Positions 1 through 11,535 of a stretch of DNA of 64,000 nt are shown piece after piece. Source of the stretch: Octopus vulgaris. Its lineage: Eukaryota. Numbering within the stretch: the first letter of the stretch is position 1; the number at the start of each line of letters is the position of its first letter. The stretch covers positions 126,046,001 to 126,110,000 of the forward strand of contig OX597817.1 of assembly GCA_951406725.2 (NCBI GenBank), written 5' to 3'. The notes under the pieces were generated by a model. That model was not told the DNA's origin. It ran no database searches and was given only the letters and a program-made list of their open reading frames with translations. Position numbers and translations under genes: made by a program.

Positions 1-219
1 TATCGGGTGCTCAGTAAATAGTAAAAAAATGCTTGAATAAAAATTTTTCGTTCTTTTTACTTAGGCATTGTCTACGAAAATCTGGGAACTCAAGGATGAT
101 AATATTAAACTCAGTTTGAAGCGGATTATACTGCGTGAAGCTCAACCATACACTAATAGCCGGCATGGGTGTGAACTATGTCGTATGTATATAAATATAT
201 ATATATATATATGAACTAT

Positions 220-1601
220 TCAAATATAGAGAAAATACAATCTTCAAAGTAATAAATTAGCTCTTAGGGTGTTATGTGTTCATAGGATTACCCGTATCTT
301 TAAATACTTTAGAAGCAGGTAATTAATAATAATATCACACTGTATATGTTTGTGACATAAGCTATTCCGGGTGACATATCATTCGTAGCCTATTCTCTGT
401 GATTTATAAAATTTTAATAATTACAATATGTGGTTACTCCTTCACAGCGGTGAATCTCTTTTATCAAGGTTGATATAACATACATTTATTTTGCAAATGA
501 ATTCTTAAAATTCTCACCTCCCCTAACTATGAAATAAACCCTCTAACATCTAATACTGTTCTATCTCGATAACATCCGTTGATGTACTTTAGATATATCT
601 TATAGACCCATTTCCAAAGGTAATTTTGTCTCTATTAGTATATTTATATTTTATTTTATCTTATATTAATAATAATATTTTGGCTATAAGTTATTCTATA
701 TACCAATACCATTATAAAAATATATTTTTTATTTTATTTTATTTCATATCCTTCTTTATATCATCTTTTTATAGTTACTATAAAAATTAAGAAAAAACAT
801 TCTTATATTTTATAAATGTTTATATTTTCATATTTTTATATTTTATACCATTATATACCTCTTTTATATATTTTCATAGTTTTTATAGTTTATAAATGTC
901 TTGATAGATTTTTTCATGTATTCTGTAATCTTATGGTATAATATATTTTCTAATTACTCATTATATCTTCTCAATTTTATATTTTATGCCTTCATCTATC
1001 ATTTTCTAAATATATTTCTACAGTTTTTATAGCGTATAAATTTGTGACAATTTATACTTCTTTCCTAAGATGTACTGTGAACTTTAATCTTATATTATTA
1101 TATATTCTCATTTTTTTAAATTATACATTGATTCATTATGTGGTTATAGGAGTAGATTTGTTTAAATATTGTAATTAAACGCACTCCTTTATATATTTAT
1201 ATCTTTAATTTACATACATTATGCATTAGATTTCATTTCTTACTATGTCGTATCTTTACCCATCCGTTTTTGAAGGGAATGGTTTTAATATCAGTTTAAT
1301 CTATGCTACACGTATTTATTGATATTATAAATAATTCCGTTATAATCCATCACATAATATTTTACAAGGATATTTTATACACAACATTTATAAAAATTCT
1401 TAATATTTCCCTTATATCTTAAATTATCCGGCAAGGAGTGGCTGTGTGTTAAGTAGCTTGCTTACCAACCACATGGTTCCGGGTTTAGTCCCACTGCGTG
1501 GCACGTTGGGCAGGTGTCTTCTACTATATACTCGGGTTGACCAAAGCCTTGTGAGAGGATTTAGTGGAGGGAAACTGAAAAAAGACCGTCGTATATATGT
1601 A

Positions 1602-1652
<51 letters not shown>

Positions 1653-2480
1653 ATGTGTATGTATGTATGTTTGTGTTTCTGTGTTTGTCTCCCTAACATC
1701 GCTTGGCAACCGATGCCGGTGTGTTTACGTCCCCTTAAATTAGCGGTTCGGCAAAAGAGACCGATAGAATAAATACAAGGTTTACAAAGAATAAGTCCTG
1801 GGGTCGTTTTCCTTGACTAAAGGCGGTACTCCAGCATGGCCACAGTCAAATGACTGAAACAAGTAAAAGTGTATTAACATTTTAAGTGCATCTTCTAGCC
1901 TTCATCTATATATTCAATTATATTCTGCTTTAACATTATAAATATGCTAAGTTACTATATGCCCCTTCCCTTATTCTCTGAACTTATATACCATCCCTAA
2001 TTTCTAGTACTTACTCCTTTACCTTTTCATGACCTTCCTCTTGAAGATGACAAACAAAATAAGTATTGTTAGCTCTTCCTATCATCCTTTCTTACAATTA
2101 TCTACCCCTCCTCATCTTGCATTCCAATTTTTAGCACACCAAGCCTTACCCTTTGATATAGAAAAAGAAAACGGATATAAGGTTCCAGTAGTTAGTCTAG
2201 TAGGCTGTCATGGTACTAATTTAATGATCTCCCTTTGTCTAGAATACAGCTACAAATAACCAAAACTTTAATTTTTGTTATTGTAGAGTACATTCCCCCT
2301 ACTCTCTTCGAAGTCTAGGTAACTAGTTTACTATTTCCAACTATCCTTGCTCCCGCCCTCACTGTAACCTCTAGTAATAGACTATTTAGACTATTTTCTA
2401 AACTCATTCTGCCATAGAATTGACAGGAGGGCCAATTTAAACATTTTGACCCCCAATTGTGACGCGAGTATGTTAAAGCA
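220..2480 (-). mobile_element. Highly decayed Penelope-like element (RT to GIY-YIG remnants), interrupted by a SINE
   Basis: Manual minus-strand translation gives scattered PLE-like words (LEVTVRAGARIV, a VTxLD-like motif near 2310-2330, AYSNLA, KRF) among many stops and frameshifts. Weak. Confidence 0.35.
1430..1870 (+). mobile_element. tRNA-derived SINE, family A (CORE-like), with internal (TA)n(TG)n
   Basis: tRNA-like head (GGAGTGGCTGTGTG..GGGTTTAGTCCC), CORE-like TTGGGCAGGTGTCTTCTACTATA and tail GACTGAAACAAGTAAAAG. Several homologous copies in the window. Confidence 0.85.
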
Positions 2481-2909
2481 ATTGGTTTCTACTTTGTGTT
2501 TGAAGTCTATATAGTCATCAAACGAAGACCGTTTTTTTGAAATGATGCAATATTTTCCTTAATCAATTAAAGGAGTCGCTTGAAACGGCTGTAATGAACT
2601 GATGCCTCTTCATCTTTGTTACTCATATATATTTATATATATAATGACAGTGAGAGAGAGATAGATAAAGATAAAGATTTTATATATGCAAAAATCTATA
2701 TATATATGGGTGTGTGTGCCTGATAAAATATGCACTGGCAGCGATTCATGCGTATTAAATTCTTCTAGGTTATGCCCCAGCATAGCCAATATCTAATAGT
2801 ATGAAATGTAAAAGGTAAAAGTTAAAAGATACATATATATATATATCTATCTAAATAATTAAGTATATGATATATATATGTATGCGCGTATGCGAGAAAG
2901 ATGAAAATG

Positions 2910-3013
2910 GAAAGGAAGGAAGAAAAAAGAAAAAAAAAGAAAGAAATAAAGAAAGGAAGAAAGAAAGAATCGAAGAAAGAATAAAAGAAAGGATGGAAGA
3001 AAGAAAGAAAGAA
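2910..3013. repeat. Purine-rich (GAAA)n-like simple repeat
   Basis: Directly visible. Confidence 0.9.
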
Positions 3014-3415
3014 AGGGGCGGGCAACTACCCCCTTTTTCCCCACAACGTCAGATGTCAGGCTGTTGACGACTATACTGGCAACTCCAAAGAGCATACTAC
3101 TACTACCACTTCATTGCATTATATTATATTGTTATATCCTATCATTATTATGTAACTTTATTGATGCGGCAAGAATTGTCTTCATATTTTTACCACAGAT
3201 ATTATGACATCATATTAAATTATTTTATCGGAACTGCAATGAGGTTCAACCCTATAATGAAAAGAGCACCACAGAAATACATTATATACAGAAGTGAGTC
3301 ACTAAAATATTTTTATACTGAGTACAGATAAGATCAAGAATGTAAATATTCACTTGCATGCAAGCACAGTGACATTTATACAGTTATCCATAGAAACGTT
3401 TTAATATATATACAA

Positions 3416-3437
3416 AGAAAGAGAAAGAGAGAGAGAT

Positions 3438-3474
<37 letters not shown>

Positions 3475-3513
3475 TACAGAGAGAGAGAGAGAGAGACAGA
3501 GAGAAAGAGAGAG
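3416..3513. repeat. (GA)n microsatellite
   Basis: Directly visible. Confidence 0.95.
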
Positions 3514-4059
3514 CAATGCTGATATAAATTCATACTTTTCTATATAATCTGTATATGTACCTGCACTTAGAATGATTCTAAGTTAGAAAAATCTACCAAG
3601 GAATAATATTTTGTGTTATAATTGAATTTATTAGATTTCCATTGGAAATTTTATATTTTCTGCTCACATATGTTTGTAATGCACGTATCTGTTTAACGCT
3701 TTTATCGTTAACTTTTTTTCAGTAATATCATTTAGTACAAGCGTAGGTGTTTTGATTGATGTGGCATTTTTGCTCTATACAAAATTTCATTCTTATCTTG
3801 AATTGAAAAGACATAGGTAAGAATGAGCTGATGACGATAATTGCTAACATTAAATTTCTGTTTATATGTAAAATACATATATTTTTTAGAATATGTTTTT
3901 ATTTAAATACGTTCTTTTGGTGAAAATATCGTTACCTTTTTCCTAGATTCTCCTCTACATATTATATATGTTCTCTTTGATGCCCTCAATTTGTAGTTGC
4001 TTCCACAATCACTTACGTCTCGTCTGATATAGCTATAACTAGAAGTGTTCCACTTGTAC

Positions 4060-4790
4060 CAATCTCCCTTATATTCACTGAAACTGTACATAAAATTCCT
4101 TATCTTAGATATCTTTGCAGTCAGTTTTAAGACGGTAGTGTAATTTTATTGGGGTTTATCAATATTTTCTAATGAGTTTGAATATAGTGTATGCACTCCA
4201 GATATCTTTGTGCTAGTATTATACTTTGCTTTGAAATTCTTGCCCGTGAAGTTAGAGCTAAATTATGAGTTGAAATAATTAATTTCCTTTCTTCATTTTC
4301 CCCTTAATAACCATAAAAGAATCGAATACTCACATGCTGAATTAATTCTTGTAACAGTTTCTGATTAGAAAAAGTTTGGCGATGAAGAACTTTTGTTTAA
4401 CGCGAGACACATTAGTCGGGGAAAACATTACTTCTAAGATGTTTGACAAAGAAATTAGTGTATGAATGTAAGATCGTATATGACAGAGGAACATACTCCT
4501 ATATAGGAGCGACCTCGGTAAATTAGAAAAAATGTCCATTAACCCACCATTTAAGTTCATTTAGAGATAGATAATAATTGAGCAACACGGGCTTAAACAG
4601 ACTAATGTGGCCCCATAGCTTTACCACAGAGTGGGAGATAATTGGTGCAGCCAATACGTATAGAATATGAATAAAAGATGTGAGCTATGTATTGGAGAAA
4701 TATCCCAAATATTTACGTCGGAACACAACTTAATAGTAGACTATGACCGGCCTTAAGATGTCGACTGAAACATGCTAAAGCTTTTAAAAA
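4060..4790 (+). mobile_element. Decayed Penelope-like element: RT C-terminus plus GIY-YIG endonuclease
   Basis: Plus strand reads HFP (4294), LVYECKI (4455), YSYIGATS..HLSSFR (4494-4565), EWEIIG..Y..RCELCIGE (4629-4698) and LNSR..RCR (4729-4765). This matches the GIY-YIG C-terminal pattern W.I...Y...RC.LC..E...LN.R...CRH of PLEs. Contains stops and frameshifts. Confidence 0.75.
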
Positions 4791-5718
4791 ATTTAATATC
4801 CGTATTAGGTAACTACATATCTCACACAAATATAGTTGAGAATGAAAGATAGAAGCCCATGCCCAGAATTTTTCTACTGCATATACTATCCTTAAATAAC
4901 CTAGTATATATTTCTTTTTCTTTACCGTACCCAACATAATAATTATCACAGCCATAGAAAACATTGAATAACTAAGAATGTAACATAGAACTGAACTAAC
5001 CTAAAATAAAATACATTACAAGGACTATACTTGAAATGAAGCGTATTAAGAGCTCACCTGCATCTACTGCAATGCACCAATAATACAGTAAAGTAAACTT
5101 TGACCGAATTGGATAGAATCCCGACCTTAGCGAGCAACTGGTGTGAAACCTAGGTCAACCACAGAGTTTTATAGCCATATCAGGTTTCAGATACAGACTG
5201 ACCTTCCCTCGCTTTCTCCTGAACACTATAACCAATTTAAAAAATGTGACACTGAATTCAATTCTCGTCGAACCAAACTGGCTGAAAGACTCCCAAACGA
5301 AGTTGCACAGAAAATTTTGCCACTGCATATGCAAGCGCTCACACTCTGTGCAGCTCAAACACGTATAGATCATTGTAACCATAAAAAATATGCTGCATAA
5401 CATACGGCAAAAGAGAAGGAAAGAAACTTTGAGCGTATAGAAGTTTCCATATTCTCTATCGTTATAATCATTGCAAATACACACTGCAAATATACATTGC
5501 AAACATCCAGTGAAGAGAACATGGAATTACCTATCGTAGCAATTTAAGTGTGCGTTATAGCACCTAGTAACCATAGTCGTGAAACACTAACCTAGAATAT
5601 AATATGAGAGCTAACACGGTGTCCACTCGGATAACGCGTTGATTAAAATTTATCTTTCTCCTTGTTCTACAATACATTTCAACGCTTCGAAAACAAACTT
5701 GTTTGTTTGCATCGGACG

Positions 5719-5764
<46 letters not shown>

Positions 5765-5772
<8 letters not shown>

Positions 5773-6367
5773 TCAATATAGGGTGGCAAAAAATTTCGTA
5801 GAATTTATTTGCCACCAGCGGCCTAGTGGGAAAAAATTAAATAGTCATAGACCATTTATAAGTTCAACATCACAATCAAGGAATGGCCATAATAGGCCAT
5901 TCACCCACTAGAAATAACAGCCAAAGCTTCAACCGCAAAATAACATCAATTCCGCAAACCAGGAGAAAATTAAAAAAAACATTTATCCTGTAATTTCTTA
6001 TACGATGCACCGTTTCATCTATTGTTTAATGGTAAACTAACCTGATTAAATTAAATCAAGCCAATCTTCCATAGGCCGATAGATTCGTCAGTAAGAAACA
6101 GCCAAGATCCGAGCAGATATTATCACGAGGCATCTCTATCCCTGCCTCGGCAATATCTGACCTAAAATTTTCAAATCATCGCACTCGCGCCAAATTTATC
6201 GGCAGCAAATATAAGCCGCCGATTCCATTACGGAATTAACCACAAAATTCATAATTAATCAATATAGGGTGGCAAAAAATTTCGTAGAATTTATTTGCCA
6301 CCAGCGGCCTAGTGGGAAAATATTAAATAGTCATAGACCATTTATAAGTTCAACATCACAATCAAGG

Positions 6368-6369
<2 letters not shown>
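5765..6369 (-). mobile_element. HHR-bearing retrozyme/pLTR-like element: 486-nt unit plus 119-nt terminal direct repeat, between (TA)n tracts
   Basis: 5765-5883 is nearly identical to 6251-6369 (offset 486). Internal hammerhead. (TA)n on both sides. No ORF of note. Confidence 0.85.
5994..6098 (-). ncRNA. Type I hammerhead ribozyme
   Basis: Minus strand: TTTCTTA-CTGACGA-ATCTAT[56 nt]ATAGAT-GAAA-CGGTGCATCG-TA^TAAGAAA. 7-bp helix I, 6-bp helix II, near-palindromic helix III, GUA cleavage triplet. Confidence 0.9.
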
Positions 6370-6418
<49 letters not shown>

Positions 6419-6421
<3 letters not shown>

Positions 6422-7218
6422 GTGGTTAATCTATAGAGTTAATCTATTTTTTCGTTATTTTTCATTTGTCCTGCCCGATTACATTCATGGCGTGTTGAAT
6501 TAATGCTTGAGAACAATTCTTTAGTGGTGGATTCCCTTTGCGGATATATTTCTAGCGTTAGAGTGACCACATGTGGTCTCTCTCTTATTACTTGTATTAA
6601 TAATTTTTACTGTATCCCAGTTTTTTCGCTAGGCCACTTGGTGTTTTAAATTGATGTTATTAATTAATATTCAATTTTTTTCACCCTTATTGTGATTTTA
6701 ATTCTAAATTAATATGTTCTCAAACTGGCAGTAAATTACTGGGGTAGTATTTACATCCGGTATTTTGAACGTGCCAGGAGTGAGGATATTTGAACGTAAC
6801 TGCAAATGTAATCGGTTGTGCCGTTCGCCTTTGCACGGTTTCGTATGGATTTTGGCGTTCGGTTCAGCAAATTATATTTTTGATATACTCTACTGAGGAT
6901 TCGAAAATGATTAGGTAAACTTACTCAATCTATTAACGATGAAACAATTGTATAGATTTAATCTATTTTTTCGTTATTTTTCATTTGTCCTGCCCGATTA
7001 CATTCTTGGCGTGTTGAATTAATGCTTGAGAACAATTCTTTAGTGGTGGATTCCCTTTGCGGATCTATTTCTAGCGTTAGATTGACCACATGTGGTCTCT
7101 CTCTTATTACTTGTATTAATAATTTTTACTCTATCCCATTCTTTTTCGCTAGGCCTCTTGGTGTTTTAAATTGATGTTATTAATTAATATTCAATTTTTT
7201 TCACCCTTATCGTGATTT

Positions 7219-7220
<2 letters not shown>
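6419..7220 (+). mobile_element. HHR-bearing retrozyme/pLTR-like element: ~519-nt unit plus ~266-nt direct repeat, between (TA)n tracts
   Basis: 6434-6699 is nearly identical to 6953-7219. The HHR lies immediately before the second copy, and the first copy starts at the cleavage site. Confidence 0.85.
6887..6958 (+). ncRNA. Type I hammerhead ribozyme
   Basis: ACTCTA-CTGAGGA-TTCG[33 nt]CGAT-GAAA-CAATTG-TA^TAGATT. The other repeat copy reads TAGAGT, a perfect helix I partner. Helix III is the palindrome CAATTG. The first helix II pair is a T-T mismatch. Confidence 0.8.
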
Positions 7221-7263
<43 letters not shown>

Positions 7264-7271
<8 letters not shown>

Positions 7272-7563
7272 TGAGGGTACTACTATTCGTAGATACCAAC
7301 ACGCTAAGAGGGACCAATGCGGTCAAAACTACTAAAAATAAACAAAGTTTTGCATTCGGTAAAATTTTGTTTATTTTTAGTAGTTTTGACCGCATTGGTC
7401 CCTCTTAGCGTGTTGGTATCTACGAATAGTAGTACCCTCAATATAATATAAATGAATATTTTCAAAGAGGAAGAATTTACGGATTTTTTCTCTTACGAGG
7501 TTTTTCACGGTGACTACTGATAATTTCTTTTAAAGATTTTATCCTCAATTGTTAATTTAATTA
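7264..7563 (+). mobile_element. Fold-back element (about 90-bp hairpin plus unique 3' tail) between (TA)n tracts
   Basis: 7264-7346 is the reverse complement of 7366-7448. The tail ends TTTTATCCTCAATTGTT, like the element ending at 35097. Confidence 0.75.
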
Positions 7564-7587
7564 ATATATATATATATATATATATAT

Positions 7588-8116
<529 letters not shown>

Positions 8117-8329
8117 CAAAATCACGATAAGCGTGAAAAAGTTGTTTTATGTCCTTAACATGTCCCTGTTACCAAAGACTGTATATATATATGTAATGTA
8201 GCAATTTGCAACAACCAATAATTAACGCAACCAAACTTCCACATGTTACTTTTGACAATCTTTTTCCAAAGAGTGAAACCGGTAAAGTAAATAAACATCT
8301 TTTAAATTGCATTTTCAAACCTTCTTTCG

Positions 8330-8364
<35 letters not shown>

Positions 8365-8368
<4 letters not shown>

Positions 8369-8632
8369 TTTATTTAAAAGAAGCAAGATTATAACAAAAG
8401 CTGTTACTCGAAGTTTCACATTCCCGTTCGCCGGAGAATTTTGTTAAAATAGAACAGAAATAATAATTGTTATGTCGGTTCTATTTTAACAAAACGTCCG
8501 ACGATGGGAGTGTGAAACTCTGAGTAAAAGCTTTTGTTATATTTCTGCTGCTTTTAAATAAAGCATATTACTCTTCCTTTCGTATTATAGTACACTTTTT
8601 CCACCTTGTTTCACATTTATGTGCTTACTCCG

Positions 8633-8634
<2 letters not shown>
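8365..8634 (+). mobile_element. Fold-back pLTR-like element with a variant minimal HHR in each arm
   Basis: About 8368-8455 is inverted at about 8478-8563. Plus arm: CCGACGA-TGGGAGTGT-GAAA-CTCTGAG-TA-AAAG (8498-8530). Minus arm: CCGGCGA-ACGGGAATGT-GAAA-CTTCGAG-TA-ACAG (8401-8434). Confidence 0.7.
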
Positions 8635-8676
<42 letters not shown>

Positions 8677-9154
8677 TATATATATATAACGGCGCCCCAT
8701 CATGGCCACATTCAAATTACTGAAACATGTAAAAGGAAAGAATGAAAGACTATTTTGTGGGGTGGCCTGTCTGTGTATGTGCATATGTGTATTACAAATG
8801 AGCAAACATGCCTAAAACATCAATCTTTCCATTCTCATGTACTTTTAAATATTTCTGTGGTTAAGTATATTACAAGCCTGTTATTAAATCTCACCGCGCA
8901 TATTAGATCAGAGTACTAGTAAGAGAATTCAACATAATCCTCCAAATGTCGAATTACTGAAATTCTTGAACCGGATGATAAGAGTTCATGCATTTGGCAG
9001 TTTTGTATACATATATGCGACGTTATATTTCTACAGAAGGGACAATCCGAAACTGAAAAAATGCAACGATCTCCAACAATGAGTAAGAAGAGCAGGTCTT
9101 ATTTTGATATTTGGAAGACTAAAGGGTTTAGCTATTATTATTTTATATTGATTA

Positions 9155-9365
9155 GCAGCGAGCTGGCAGAATCGTTAGCTCGCTGGACGAAATGCATTGC
9201 AGTATTTCACTCATCGCTACGTCCTGAGTTCAAATCCTGCCGAGGTCGACCTTCCCTTTCATCCTTTCGGGGTCGATAAATTACGTACTAGTGCAACACT
9301 GGGGTCGATGTAATAGAATAGTCCCCTCCCCACAAACTTCAAGTCTTGTGCCTTTAATAGTAAAT
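9155..9365 (+). mobile_element. tRNA-derived SINE, family B (Deu/Nin-like central domain)
   Basis: GCGAGCTGGCAGAATCGTTAG head, GAGTTCAAATCC B-box and CCTTTCATCCTTTCGGGGTCGATAAA domain. Many copies in the window. Confidence 0.85.
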
Positions 9366-9794
9366 GATTATTATTCTATCTTCAATTATATGAAACTTTC
9401 GCTTGGTTTCTCACAGGCTTCCAAAATCTGTGGCTCATTGAAAATTGGGCTTATGTACTGATGTATCTCAGGCAACATGATTAGAGTTCCATATCAACCT
9501 GTACAGTAATCCCTCGCCATATCGCTGTTCACCAATCGCGGTTTATTATTTAAGCTTACGCCGATTCTTCTGTGGTGTTTTATAGCAAAGTAAATATACA
9601 CAAATCATGAAAAATAATTAAAAGACTATACAGAACAATACTGTTTCCACTTCGCGGATGTTTGCGTATCGCAAGGGGTTTCGAACGTAACACTAGTGAT
9701 AGTCTAGGGGTTACTGTATATCATTAAGACCATAACGTGTTAAGCCGTATGATCGTGAACTTTTGAAAACATATATTATTTAACCTATTATAGA

Positions 9795-10024
9795 TTTCTT
9801 TACTGCCCACAAGGGGGTAAACACAGAGGGGACAAACAAGGACAGACAAAGGGATTAAGTCGATTACATCGAGCCCAGTGCGTAACTGGTAATTAATTTA
9901 TTGACCCTGAAAGGATGAAAGGCAAAGTCGACCTCGGCGGAATTTGAACTCGGAACGTAACGACACACGAAATACGGCTACGCATTTCGCCCGGCGAGAT
10001 AACGTTTTTGCCAGCTCGCCGCCT
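9795..10024 (-). mobile_element. SINE family B
   Basis: Reverse complement of the family B consensus, full length. Confidence 0.85.
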
Positions 10025-10380
10025 TATTTAATCTATTATAGCTAATTAAGTCCCCTTGTATTCTAATGCCTTTTATTGAAATTTATATTGTTTTTTTTAT
10101 TTACCTGCATTTTGTACTTTGTTGTATTTCATCTTGTTTCAGCTTCTTCGATATCGATCCTAATAACGGTGTTATCCTATTATCTTACTAAACTGAAAAT
10201 AGGGCAGTTATAGAGATATGATCAATACAGCTGCGGGTGACACAGCACGAACAGTTTTATTCAAATGCGTTGTTTATTAAGTACTGGCCGTTGTTTATTT
10301 TTTACCTATCTTACGACGGCGAAGGATATGCATATATATTTGCACACTCACTTGTACAAAGACACACACAAACATACAAA

Positions 10381-10412
<32 letters not shown>

Positions 10413-10660
10413 GATTCATGTGCAAGAGCGAAACTCGCAATATCGATGTTTTGAACATGAGACAAGTTACTCATAACTTCGTTGTTTGAAAATGAGTCAA
10501 CATTATGCGACCCCTCTAATTACGCAAACGTCCGGACCGGCGACTACATATGTGAAATTTACGTATATTGGATATCTGAATTATTAAAACTCAAATCTAT
10601 TACTATTTAATGCAGGTAGTACTAAAACTCTGCTATTAATATATTAAAGCATTAGATAAT

Positions 10661-11535
10661 GCGGCGAGCTAGCGGAGTCGTTAGCACACCGGGTGAAATG
10701 CTTAGCGGTATTTTGTCTGCCGTTATGTTCTAAGTTTAAATTCCGCCGAGGTCGACTTTGCCTTTCATCCTTTCGGGGTCTATAAATTAAGTACCAGTTA
10801 CGCACTGGGGTTGATATAATCGACTTAATCCGTTTGTCTGTCCTTGTTTGTCTTCTCTGTGTTTAGCCCCTTGTAGGCAATAAAAAAATAGGTATTTCGT
10901 CTGCCGCTGCGTTCTGAGTTCAAATTAAGCCGAGGTTGACTTTGCCTTTCACCCTTTCGAAGTCGATAAATTATGTACCAGTTACGCACTGGAGTCGATG
11001 TAATCAACTTAATCCGTTTGTCTCTCCTTGTTTGTCCCATCTACATTTAGCCCCTTGTGGGCAATAAAAAAGTCTTGAAAGGTGGCGGGCTGGCAGAAAC
11101 TTAAGCACGCCGGGCGAAATGCGTAGCCGTATTTCGTCTGCCGCTATGTTCTGAGTTCAAAATCCCCCGACGTCGACTTTGCTTTTCATCCTTTCGGGGT
11201 TGATAAATCAAGTACCGGTTACGCACTGGAGTCGATATAATCGACTTAATCCGTTTTTCTGTCCCTGTTTGTCATCTTTCTGTTTAGCCCCTTGTGTGTA
11301 GTAAGGAAATAGGTATTTCATCTGCCGCTACGTTCTGAGTTCAAATTCTACCGCGGTCGACTTTGCCTTTCATTCCTTCGGAGTCGATAAATTAAGTACC
11401 GGTTGCATACTGGGGTTGATTTTATCGACTAACACCCTCCCCAAAGATTTCGGGCCTTTCTCCGTCTTTAGATTCTGAATTCAAATTCCACCAAGGTCGA
11501 CTTTATCTTTCCTCCTTTTGGGTTCCATAAAATAA
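10661..11535 (+). mobile_element. Head-to-tail cluster of about 5 SINE family B units
   Basis: Full units start at ~10661 and ~11081. Headless units start at ~10891 and ~11312, and a partial unit at ~11460. Confidence 0.85.

Noticed and set aside
2560-2625. GAAA-CGGCTG-TA just before a (TA)n junction (similar CACGGTG-TC at 5615-5623)
   Set aside because: Only the 3' half of a core is recognisable and there is no CTGANGA.
5143-5400. 85-aa ORF with plausible composition
   Set aside because: No recognisable motif or convincing splice context. It may be a PLE N-terminal remnant but is unsupported.
10661-11535. CRISPR-like or tRNA-gene array appearance
   Set aside because: The units are 150-230-bp SINE copies with no unique spacers, no cas genes and no complete cloverleaf.
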